Positions 38,213-47,133 of a DNA stretch of 64,000 nt are shown piece by piece. Numbering within the stretch: the first letter of the stretch is position 1; every line of letters starts with the position of its first letter. The DNA comes from an uncultured cyanobacterium (GTDB lineage: Bacteria > Cyanobacteriota > Cyanobacteriia > PCC-9006 > JAAUQQ01): NCBI GenBank assembly GCA_963718615.1, contig OY970368.1:5760001-5824000 (forward strand), given 5' to 3'. The notes under the pieces are model-generated. The model had not been told where the DNA came from and ran no database searches. It was given only the letters and a program-made list of their open reading frames with translations. The position numbers and the translations under genes are program-made.

Positions 38213-39844
38213 TTAATCGGATGAATCGATGCGGTAGCGGTAGAGGATGTAGCGATCGCCCGTTTCCAGCGCCTCCATCTGAATCCGGGGAGCGTTGGGC
38301 AAGCTCAAAATTGGCTTGGGTTGACCCAACTGGGGAAATAGATCCGAGGCCCGCAGCGGTTGCTCGACCATCAGCAGTCCCTGGGGATTACGTTTCAGAA
38401 AATCTCGCGCCTGATTCAGCGTCATTTCCCGAGGCTCGTTGGCCGAAAAGACAAACTGCTGGTCGATATCGGGCCGGTTGTGAAACAAAATTAGATGGCC
38501 TACTTGGTGCGGCTCAAACCCCCAGACCCAAAGCGGTTCGTTGCTGCGATGGCGTTGAACGACGGCGATCAGACCTTTGACCTCGGGAGACAATCGGGGA
38601 ATGGGGGCGATGTTGGCTGCGGGCGATCGCTCAATCCCCTTCAGCAACACCGGAGCCCAGGGCTGCGCCAAATAGAGCACGTATCCCAACGGAAACATAG
38701 AGAACAGCGTGAGCTGCTGCAGCCGCTGGCCGGAAAGCTTGAGTCCTAGCAGATTGAACCGCCGCTGGAATGGCTTGAACAGTTCTGCCGCAAAGGGCAG
38801 CAGTAAATAGGCCAAGCTGAGGGAGTAGCGCTCCTCTAGGTTGAGCGTTCCGGTGATGGCTTTATAAAACAGCAATCCCAGCAGGACCGAGAACGGCAAA
38901 AGCCAAACCCAGGTGCGAGGGCGGCGGATAACGGCTCGAATCGCCCCCAAACTGGCTAGGGCAAAGGCCCCAAACGTCATCCCAAACACCAGCGTCATCG
39001 GAAAAAAGACCAGCCGCACCAGCCGCCGCGTCAGCGTCATTCCTCCGGAATAGGCAAGCACACCTGCCGTGTCGGTGGATTGGTATTTGAGCGTATAAAA
39101 CGCATCGCCATATACCCGCAGACTGTCCCCCATCCAGATCAAGGGAAAGAGCAGGGCGACCAGCCCAAACCCGAGCATGAACTTGGGTTTGGGCAGGAGC
39201 AACAACGCCAAGACCGGAATGAGCGGCCACATCTCGTACCGGATTGCCGCTGCCAGGGTTAGAAAGAATCCCCCCAGCAGGGCTTGGTGAAACTGGCCCG
39301 CGACTCGCCTTGCCTGAGCGAGAAACAGAAGTGAGAGACCCAATAGCAAGACAGAAAGCGGTTCTGACAATGCCATGAGGCTGGTGCGGAAGGCGAGGGG
39401 GGTAAGGAGGAAGGCGATCGCCACAAACAAACTCGCCGAACCTTTTTCTCCCCCCGATTGCACTGCTCCTGCCCTCCCCTCTCTGGACTCATCCTGCTCA
39501 AATTCCTGCCGGGTGAACTGCCAAAGACAGAGCGCCGTCAAGACAGTGACAACAATATTGAGCAGAACAGGTGTCCAAAAGGGCCAGGGGAAAAGCCACA
39601 GGCTAACGCCGTTGATGTAGGTGCCAAAGGGCAGCCAGACCCCAGCTTCAATCCAGTGGGGCGCGGCGGACCACTCCCAAGCCCAATAGGTCCGAGAGAC
39701 TGCGTCCCCATTGACCGTATCGGCCCAGGGTAAGGCCAACAGACGGGTCAGCAGCCCCACTCCCACAATGAGCAACCCTGCTGACCAGCCCCCATAGCCC
39801 TGTTTCGTTGAAGCACGAGACGGAGCGTCTAATTTGACAGGCAT
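38213..39844 (-). CDS. Membrane glycosyltransferase, GT-C fold
   Basis: D..SR...W.P N-terminal loop, SE, RYE.W motifs, many TMs, soluble C-terminal domain. Confidence 0.72.
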   Translation of the reverse strand: MPVKLDAPSRASTKQGYGGWSAGLLIVGVGLLTRLLALPWADTVNGDAVSRTYWAWEWSAAPHWIEAGVWLPFGTYINGVSLWLFPWPFWTPVLLNIVVTVLTALCLWQFTRQEFEQDESREGRAGAVQSGGEKGSASLFVAIAFLLTPLAFRTSLMALSEPLSVLLLGLSLLFLAQARRVAGQFHQALLGGFFLTLAAAIRYEMWPLIPVLALLLLPKPKFMLGFGLVALLFPLIWMGDSLRVYGDAFYTLKYQSTDTAGVLAYSGGMTLTRRLVRLVFFPMTLVFGMTFGAFALASLGAIRAVIRRPRTWVWLLPFSVLLGLLFYKAITGTLNLEERYSLSLAYLLLPFAAELFKPFQRRFNLLGLKLSGQRLQQLTLFSMFPLGYVLYLAQPWAPVLLKGIERSPAANIAPIPRLSPEVKGLIAVVQRHRSNEPLWVWGFEPHQVGHLILFHNRPDIDQQFVFSANEPREMTLNQARDFLKRNPQGLLMVEQPLRASDLFPQLGQPKPILSLPNAPRIQMEALETGDRYILYRYRIDSSD

Positions 39845-39867
39845 GGTCGTTGGTTTGTGATGGGTTT

Positions 39868-41100
39868 CTAGCGCAGATGAGCCACAGCGTCTTTCAGGGC
39901 GTTGGCGATATAGTTGACATGCTCATCGGTGTAGGCCTCGTTCCAGGGCAACACCAGCACATGTTCTAGCCCCGCAAAGGTGCCGGGGAATTTGTCTTCG
40001 GAATAGTCCAGGGCTTCGGGGCGAGCCAAGGTAAAGGGGAAGCGGGAGTCGCCAAAGGTCCGCTGATCGCGGAAGACCTCGCAGCGGAAGGCGGGTTTTT
40101 GGATATAGCGAGGAGCGGAGAAAATGCCGTAGTTTTCCCGCAACCACTGGGCCAGCGCCACAGCACCGCCCGGAATCACAGCGCCATCGACGCTGAGGCA
40201 ATATTTCCAGAACACGTGGGTGTTGCGATCGCCAATCCAAGGGGTTTCAATCCCCGCCACCCCTGCCAGCTTGTCCGTCAGTTCCTGGGCAGTTTTCTGA
40301 CGACGAGCCACAATTCCCCGCAGCTTTGGCAGTTGACCCACCAACACTGCACTTTGCAATTCCGTCAGGCGATAGTTCGGTGCGAGGAAATAGTGGTCAG
40401 GCTTTGGATCGCCATACCCCCAGGCTTTATTGATAAACAGCTCCATCCGACGGGCCAGAGTCGGATCGTGGGTCGTAACCATGCCGCCTTCCCCAGCGGT
40501 AATATGCTTACCCTGTTGGAAGCTAAAACAGCCGATCGTGCCGATGCTACCGACGATTTGACCGTTATGGGTTGCCAAGAACGACTGGGCCGTGTCCTCA
40601 ATCACGGGAATGCCGTGGCGCTCAGCCAGGGCCATGATTTCGGTCATTTCGCAGGGGTTGCCAAACAGGTGGGTGACAATGATGGCCTTGGTGCGATCGC
40701 TCAAACCGCGCTCGATCGTCTCCGCCGTCACGTTCCAGGTTTTGGGATCCACATCCACAAACACCGGAATGGCCCCTTGGTAGAGAATGGGTGCCAAAGC
40801 CCCCATGTCGGTAATCGAAGTGGTGATAATTTCGTCGCCGGGTTCTGGGTTAATGGCGGCGATCGCCACATGCACCGCAGCCGAGCCCGAAGCACAGGCA
40901 TGGGCATGGTTGACGCCAATCAGTTGGGCGAACTGCTGCTCTAAAGTTTTTGTAAAATTTCCTTTGGTACTGGTTAGGGTGCCGCTCCGAATTGCCTCAG
41001 CAACCAGATCAATCTCTTCCTGGCCTAAGGTACGGCCCGAAGCCTCTTGATCGGAGGGCAATGTGAGAAACTTGCTGGTGGGTTCGATTGTATTAACCAT
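39868..41100 (-). CDS. DegT/DnrJ/EryC1/StrS PLP aminotransferase
   Basis: SGSAA, HLFG.P, IEDTAQS, FSFQQGKHITAGEGG, NYRLTELQ. Confidence 0.93.
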   Translation of the reverse strand: MVNTIEPTSKFLTLPSDQEASGRTLGQEEIDLVAEAIRSGTLTSTKGNFTKTLEQQFAQLIGVNHAHACASGSAAVHVAIAAINPEPGDEIITTSITDMGALAPILYQGAIPVFVDVDPKTWNVTAETIERGLSDRTKAIIVTHLFGNPCEMTEIMALAERHGIPVIEDTAQSFLATHNGQIVGSIGTIGCFSFQQGKHITAGEGGMVTTHDPTLARRMELFINKAWGYGDPKPDHYFLAPNYRLTELQSAVLVGQLPKLRGIVARRQKTAQELTDKLAGVAGIETPWIGDRNTHVFWKYCLSVDGAVIPGGAVALAQWLRENYGIFSAPRYIQKPAFRCEVFRDQRTFGDSRFPFTLARPEALDYSEDKFPGTFAGLEHVLVLPWNEAYTDEHVNYIANALKDAVAHLR

Positions 41101-41139
41101 TAAACCTAAAGACTCCTGAGTTGAATAAGGTGGAGGCGT

Positions 41140-42429
41140 TTAGCCCTCTGATGAGGCGTCAGAATCGGGCTGGGACCTCCCATGGGCACGATGAATCGCC
41201 GTCCCCAGATGGAAAATTTCTTCGAAGTAGTACTTGCTCTGAACCGAGAGCACCGCCAAACTCAATAACTGCACCCCAATCATCAGCAGCAGACCGCCGA
41301 TCACAAAGCTATGGGGATGCCCTTGGAAGGCGATCGCCACGGCCTCGGTTGGGTCCGCCTGGGTTCCCGCTGTCCGCAAACTTTGATAACTGCTCCAACT
41401 GTGGGCGATCGCCCACAACCCGGCGTAGCCGCCTAAGCCCAGACAGAGCAAACTGGGCAGGAAAAAGAACATCACCGGACGAAACAGAAACCCATAGAAG
41501 AAGATCGACCAGGTATGGCGCAAAATCTTCATGCTAGAGCGACGCACCGCCTGACTCGCTGGCTTTCGTCCCGTTGGAGCTTGGGTTGGCTTCGCAGGAC
41601 GGGGAGGCGTTTCCTGGGGGAGCCAGTGCAGATGGGCCGGAATTTCATCAACCTGAGCATTGAGCAGTTTGGCTTTATGCAAAATTTCAGGGTTGATATC
41701 CATCCCCATGGAACGAGGATGGAGCGACCTCAAAAAGTCCTGGTCGTAAACTCGGACCATCCCCGTCAGGGTCGCGACATCGCGCTTGGCCGCCAGGGAC
41801 AAAAATCGATTAGCCCAAACGCTAAGCCACAGCCGCATCCGAGGAACGTTAGAAACTCGGCCCCCATTCATATAGGGAGAGGCAACCACCACCTTCGCGC
41901 CGGTTTGCTGCATGCGTCGCACCAATCGCCCAATGTGATCGGGGGAATAGCTCAAATCCAAGTCGAGGGTGACCACATAGTCTCCCTGGGCATGGGTAAA
42001 GCCGGTGCGAAGCGCCTGACCCAATCCCCCATTCCGACGGTGGTGAATCACCCGGACTTGGGGGACCGCCGCCGCAAAGGCATCCGCCAGCATCGGCGTT
42101 TCATCCCGACTGCCGTCATTGATGAGTAGAATTTCCCAGCGAAACTCTGTTTCGAGCTGGAGCATGTATTGGCAGAGCAGAGCCAAATTCTTCTCCAGGA
42201 TGCTGGCCTCGTTATAGGCGGGCACCACCAGAGAAATGAGTGGGCGTTGGCAAGGGTGAGAGGGCCGATCCCTTTCCCGATCCCTTTTCGTTGTCAAGCG
42301 CTGGGGCTCAAAACGGGGGGGATCAGAGGCGACCTGGCCCAAATCGGCAAGGCCAGACTGGACTCTGGAATGCCCCTCAAAATTGCCAGCACCAAACTGC
42401 TCGAAAGGAGCAGCAGATCCCGAAGTCAT
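41140..42429 (-). CDS. GT2 polyprenol-phosphate glycosyltransferase (ArnC/DPM-like) with two C-terminal TMs
   Basis: VVPAYNE, NDGSRD, G.ALRTG, LDLDLSY.P; start uncertain. Confidence 0.85.
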   Translation of the reverse strand: MTSGSAAPFEQFGAGNFEGHSRVQSGLADLGQVASDPPRFEPQRLTTKRDRERDRPSHPCQRPLISLVVPAYNEASILEKNLALLCQYMLQLETEFRWEILLINDGSRDETPMLADAFAAAVPQVRVIHHRRNGGLGQALRTGFTHAQGDYVVTLDLDLSYSPDHIGRLVRRMQQTGAKVVVASPYMNGGRVSNVPRMRLWLSVWANRFLSLAAKRDVATLTGMVRVYDQDFLRSLHPRSMGMDINPEILHKAKLLNAQVDEIPAHLHWLPQETPPRPAKPTQAPTGRKPASQAVRRSSMKILRHTWSIFFYGFLFRPVMFFFLPSLLCLGLGGYAGLWAIAHSWSSYQSLRTAGTQADPTEAVAIAFQGHPHSFVIGGLLLMIGVQLLSLAVLSVQSKYYFEEIFHLGTAIHRAHGRSQPDSDASSEG

Positions 42430-42722
42430 GGCAATCACCTGAGTTGACAAGGGTGTGGGGAAACCAGAGGCAATGATCAAGGGGTCTAGCGCTCAAGCGA
42501 TCTAACGCTCAAGCCATCAACGGCCAAGTGATATCTGCGTGTTTTCCCACAGCTACCCCTTCTGGTGGAGGGCTGGGCCTAAGGATTTTGCAGGATGCTT
42601 TTACTGAAACTTTAAAACATCTTGCAATTAGATAAATTAACCATGAAGTGCTGCCGGTTTCATCGCGATCTTCCCGTATTTATACGGAAATAAAAATAAA
42701 CCAAACCCGTTCCCTAAATTTA

Positions 42723-42769
42723 CCCTCGACAGTGCCCTCGACAGTGCCCTCGACAGTGCCCTCGACAGT
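42723..42769. repeat. Tandem repeat, 12 bp x4 (CCCTCGACAGTG), in the divergent intergenic region
   Basis: Read directly. Confidence 0.95.
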
Positions 42770-43217
42770 TCTCTGTGATGGGCAAAACGAGCAATCGCAG
42801 AAAAATTCGGATAGGCTACCTTTGTCTACGTATAGTCTTAGAAGCCAGTTTGAATTGAAACATGCGGCCCAGAGATACTCAATTGTCAAATTTTTTGCTT
42901 CAAAGGGAATTCTGGAAAAGCAGGTTTGGCAAGAATAAGGTTAGCTTTTATAAAACTTTTATCGGACATGAGGGGGACATGAGGGGTAAAGACTGCATAA
43001 CCCACCGAAGCTCTACCGAAAGACAGGGCAGGGACAACAGGAGTCTGGGTTCAGATTCGGCTCAGATGCAGACAGATCGGATGCAGCGGTCGTTTGTCCT
43101 CGACCGAACATTAAGAAGAATGAGTAATTTGGTTCTTGACATTTCTCCTTCTGTGATAGTTAAGAAGTTCCTCCTTAGGATTTGTGTTCGCGATGTCGTT
43201 TCAGTGCTGCTAGCGTT

Positions 43218-43967
43218 ATGACTGTTGCCCTCCAGATCGGCGATCGCACCTTATCCGGCAGCGATGTCATCGTTCAACTTCAGCAGTACGGTCTGCTGCA
43301 ATCCTTAGTTAAGGAAATTGTGCTGGAAACCGCTCTGGACGAGTGGAGTCGCAGCGAAGCCTCCGCTTGGACAGAGGAGGATGAATCCCAGGCGATCCAG
43401 CAAGTTAAGACCCAGCAGGCACTTCAGGCCATGGCTCCCCAGCAGACTCCCCAGCCCCAGGGCTCGGCGGAGATGGTTCAAAAGCTAGCGGTGAAGCGGG
43501 CTAAACTCGATAAATTCAAAGAGTGGCAGTGGGGCAATAAGGTCGAAAGCTACTTTTTGCAGCGCAAGGTCCGGCTAGATCGGGTGATCTATTCTTTGTT
43601 AAGACTCAAAGATGCGGCGATCGCCCAAGAGCTGTTTTTCCGGTTGGAAAGCGAAGAAGCGGTCTTTAGCGATCTCGCCACCGAATATTCCCAAGGGCCA
43701 GAGGCCAATACGGGTGGACTCATTGGTCCGGCGGATTTGGGGGGGTGTCATCCTCGTTTGGCCGAAATGATGCGGGTCAGTCATCCGAACCAATTGTGGC
43801 CTCCCACTCGGGTCGAGGACTGGTGGGTGATCGTCCGATTGGAGAAGTTTATGCCTGCCCAACTGGATGAGCCCATGCGCCGTCGTCTATTGGAGGAATT
43901 GTTTTTGAGCTGGCTCCAAGAGGAAAGTCAAAAGTTTGAAGTGGTTCAGTCCACGCCTGTGCTGTAA
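43218..43967 (+). CDS. Parvulin-like peptidylprolyl isomerase of cyanobacterial T1SS loci; a 14-bp duplication at 43956-43987 spans its stop
   Basis: LDRVIYSLLR, A.ELFFR, F..LA..YSQGPE..TGGL.GP. Confidence 0.88.
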   Translation: MTVALQIGDRTLSGSDVIVQLQQYGLLQSLVKEIVLETALDEWSRSEASAWTEEDESQAIQQVKTQQALQAMAPQQTPQPQGSAEMVQKLAVKRAKLDKFKEWQWGNKVESYFLQRKVRLDRVIYSLLRLKDAAIAQELFFRLESEEAVFSDLATEYSQGPEANTGGLIGPADLGGCHPRLAEMMRVSHPNQLWPPTRVEDWWVIVRLEKFMPAQLDEPMRRRLLEELFLSWLQEESQKFEVVQSTPVL

Positions 43968-44019
43968 ACCCTGTCCTGTAAACCCTGCTCTTGCAAAATT
44001 GTCTTGCCCATCCCCCGCC

Positions 44020-47000
44020 ATGACTTATACCGAGCTGTCTATCCCGAATTTTTTAGCTGACGTGCCGCCGTTCTCACAATTGCCCGCTGCCAAGCGAGAA
44101 GCCTTGGCTAAGCGGTGCCAGATGCTGAGATACAAGATGGGGCAGCCCATGCTGCGGCGAGATAATCTGCCCCACCAAGTTCTAGTGATTGTTGAAGGTC
44201 AGGCGCGTCTGTTGGCGTTGCGTCCCCTGACCCAGTTGCCCTTTACGCTCCAAAATGTAGGCCCAGGGGGCATGCTGGGCTGGGTTAGCCTGTTGCGGGG
44301 CGTACCCTGTGAGACCGCCAACGCCAGGGAGGAAACTCTATGCATTTCCATCCCCACTCGAGAATTTATTGACCTGATTCAGGCCGAACCGGCCATTGCC
44401 GAGGCCTTGGGCCAGCAGGCTGACCCATCTGAAATTGCCGATCTGATTGGTCCCTCGCTGAAACAGTCGGCCCGCATCGCGGTGGATCTGCCGGATATTT
44501 TGCCCGAGTTGCAGGCCCAGGCCACGGTTCGGACGCTGGCTTCGGGTCGCGTCAATCCAACGGTTTTGCCCCAAGGCTATGAATGGTGGATTAGTGGCCG
44601 GGGAACGGTCGCGGGGGGAGAGACGGGCGATCGCCTCGGTCCTCAAATCACCGATAGCTTTGAAGTTCAAGGGGGCCGTCCGGTCCGTTTGTTGGGTTTG
44701 CCCCAAACCTTGCTCGATCGATTGACTCAGCCTCGTTCTCCCGCAGCATCAGACTTGGACAATGCAGGGATAGGGGTCTCAGCCCCCGTCGACCCGGACA
44801 GTAGCCCCTGGGGGACCATCCAAGACGCCCCAACCTTGCCCGGTGAAGATGATCCTGATATTCAAAGGCTGGTGGGAATTCCCACCTCGCGGGGAGAAAA
44901 GCGTTTTCCCTTTGTCCATGGCAAAGGCGTCTTGAATGGGACGCTTGCTTGCTTTGCCATGGTGTCTGAGTATTTGCACTTGCCCTTCCGTCGCGATGTG
45001 ATTAAGCGGGTTCTGTCCGAACAGGTAGACCGGGGAACGGGCATTCCGCTGCTCTTTTGTGGGGCGGTGGCCGAGCTCATGGGTCTCAAAACCCAACATG
45101 CCATGGTGCCGAGCAGCGCCATGTCCCGGCTGCAAGGTCCTGCCCTACTGCCCTGGGAGGGAGCCTTTGCCATCCTCTACGACGCCAATGCCAAGGAAAT
45201 TACCTTAGGCATTCCAGAAAAAGGCATCGTTCGCTATTCGCCGGAGGATTTTCAGCGCCTCTGGGGTGAAAAAGGCGAAGTCATGATGCTGGAGGTAGCT
45301 AAGGAAACGCCCCAACAGAAATTTGGCTTGCAATGGTTTTTACCCTCCCTGCGACGCTACCGCTGGGTCTTGATCGTCGTTCTGTTTGCCTCGTTTTTCG
45401 TCCAGCTCTTTGGCTTGGCCAACCCGCTGATGATCCAGGTGATTATTGACCGGGTCATTCAACAGAACAGCACGGATACCCTACAGGTCTTGGGTTTGTT
45501 TTTGGTAGTGGTGGCGATTTTTGAAGCCCTGCTCTCCAGCTTGCGGACCTATCTCTTTGTAGATACGACCAACCGCATCGACTTAGCCCTGGGCGCAGAG
45601 ATTATTGACCACCTCTTCCGCCTGCCCTTGCGCTACTTCGAAAAGCGACCGGTGGGGGAACTGTCCAGCCGGGTCAATGAGCTGGAAAATATTCGTCAGT
45701 TTCTCACCGGGACAGCCCTGACGGTGGTGCTAGATTCCATTTTCTCAGTGATTTACATCATCGTGATGTTTATCTATAGCTGGAAATTGACCCTGGTTTC
45801 CCTGGGCAGTATTCCGCTGTTTGTAGGCGTTACGCTGATTTTTGCACCGATTGTGCGGCGGCTGCTGCGTAGAAAAGCTGAAAACTACGCCCGCACCCAG
45901 TCCTACTTGGTCGAAGCCCTATCGGGGATCCAAACGGTCAAGGCCCAAAACATTGAACTTAAGGCCCGCTGGCAGTGGCAGGAACGCTACGCCCGCTACG
46001 TCTCTGCTGGCTTTAAGACGGTGCTCACATCGACGATCGCCTCCTCCACCAGCGACTTTCTCAACAAGCTTTCGGCACTCTTAGTCCTATGGGTAGGGGC
46101 CTATCTCGTCCTCGAAAAAGAAATTACCCTAGGCCAGCTCATTGCCTTCCGAATTATTTCTGGGTATGTGACGGGTCCCTTGCTGCGTCTAGCGCAACTC
46201 TGGCAGAACTTCCAGGAAACGGCCCTATCCCTAGAACGACTCAGCGACATTATCGATACTCCCCAGGAAGAAAGCGAAGAGGAACGCAACAATATTTTGA
46301 TGCCGCTTGTGACGGGAAAAATCAAATACGAGAACGTGTCCTTCCGATTTGGAGCCCATGGCCCCCTCCAACTTACCAATGTCAATGTTGAGATTCCTGT
46401 GGGGACCTTTGTGGGGATTGTCGGCCAAAGTGGTTCTGGCAAAAGTACGATGACGAAGCTACTGCCTCGCCTCTACGAACCTGCCTCGGGCCGAATTCTC
46501 CTGGACGACTATGATGTCAATAAGGTCGAGCTCTATTCTCTGCGGCGTCAGGTGGGGATCGTGCCCCAGGACTCCCTCCTGTTTGAAGGCACGATTCAAG
46601 ACAACATTGCTCTCACCCGTCCTGATGCTAGTTCAGAAGCCATTATCGAAGCGGCCCGAGTTGCCTGTGCCCATGATTTCATCATGGAACTGCCCCAAGC
46701 CTATAACTCGCCGGTTGGGGAGCGGGGATCAAACCTGTCCGGGGGACAACGCCAGCGGATTGCGATCGCCCGAACCGTCCTCCAAAACCCGCGCCTGCTC
46801 ATCCTTGACGAAGCGACTAGCGCCCTCGATTACGACACGGAGCGCCAAGTCTCCCTCAATCTCATGGAGGCCCTGCGGGGGCGTACGGTCCTATTTATTA
46901 CTCACCGACTGAGCACAATTCAAAACGCCGATTTAATCCTGGTGATGGACAGGGGCTCCATCGTCGAACAGGGTAGCCATCGCGAACTGATGGCTGAACG

Positions 47001-47049
47001 GGGCCGCTATTATGCGCTCTACCAGCAGCAGGATCGGGGGGCGAGTTAA
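44020..47049 (+). CDS. hlyB: Type I secretion ABC transporter (cNMP-binding + C39-like + TM + ABC; HlyB family)
   Basis: GQSGSGKST, LSGGQRQR, LILDEATSALD; N-terminal cNMP-like domain; C39-like segment GTLACFAM. Confidence 0.92.
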   Translation: MTYTELSIPNFLADVPPFSQLPAAKREALAKRCQMLRYKMGQPMLRRDNLPHQVLVIVEGQARLLALRPLTQLPFTLQNVGPGGMLGWVSLLRGVPCETANAREETLCISIPTREFIDLIQAEPAIAEALGQQADPSEIADLIGPSLKQSARIAVDLPDILPELQAQATVRTLASGRVNPTVLPQGYEWWISGRGTVAGGETGDRLGPQITDSFEVQGGRPVRLLGLPQTLLDRLTQPRSPAASDLDNAGIGVSAPVDPDSSPWGTIQDAPTLPGEDDPDIQRLVGIPTSRGEKRFPFVHGKGVLNGTLACFAMVSEYLHLPFRRDVIKRVLSEQVDRGTGIPLLFCGAVAELMGLKTQHAMVPSSAMSRLQGPALLPWEGAFAILYDANAKEITLGIPEKGIVRYSPEDFQRLWGEKGEVMMLEVAKETPQQKFGLQWFLPSLRRYRWVLIVVLFASFFVQLFGLANPLMIQVIIDRVIQQNSTDTLQVLGLFLVVVAIFEALLSSLRTYLFVDTTNRIDLALGAEIIDHLFRLPLRYFEKRPVGELSSRVNELENIRQFLTGTALTVVLDSIFSVIYIIVMFIYSWKLTLVSLGSIPLFVGVTLIFAPIVRRLLRRKAENYARTQSYLVEALSGIQTVKAQNIELKARWQWQERYARYVSAGFKTVLTSTIASSTSDFLNKLSALLVLWVGAYLVLEKEITLGQLIAFRIISGYVTGPLLRLAQLWQNFQETALSLERLSDIIDTPQEESEEERNNILMPLVTGKIKYENVSFRFGAHGPLQLTNVNVEIPVGTFVGIVGQSGSGKSTMTKLLPRLYEPASGRILLDDYDVNKVELYSLRRQVGIVPQDSLLFEGTIQDNIALTRPDASSEAIIEAARVACAHDFIMELPQAYNSPVGERGSNLSGGQRQRIAIARTVLQNPRLLILDEATSALDYDTERQVSLNLMEALRGRTVLFITHRLSTIQNADLILVMDRGSIVEQGSHRELMAERGRYYALYQQQDRGAS

Positions 47050-47133
47050 AAACCCAGTTTGGGAATCACACTTTTGACTCGTTTCCCCAAAACGAACCCA
47101 CCTACGTACCCCTAACTTGCAGGACCTAGAACG

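Noticed and set aside
40099-40944. Long antisense ORFs (also 4466-5188, 10882-11538, 18828-19625, 61904-62590)
   Set aside because: Shadows of well-supported genes on the opposite strand in GC-rich DNA.
42723-42769. Short repeat arrays (also 7608, 14610, 28349, 49822) as CRISPR arrays
   Set aside because: Units are 11-15 bp, directly adjacent, with no spacers and no cas genes.
42648-43221. Small ORFs or a riboswitch in the glycosylation/T1SS divergent region
   Set aside because: The ORFs run through the 12-bp repeat and lack motifs; no riboswitch consensus was recognised.
44020-47049. Bacteriocin/RiPP processing transporter
   Set aside because: The catalytic Cys motif of the C39 domain appears absent and no precursor peptide gene is adjacent.
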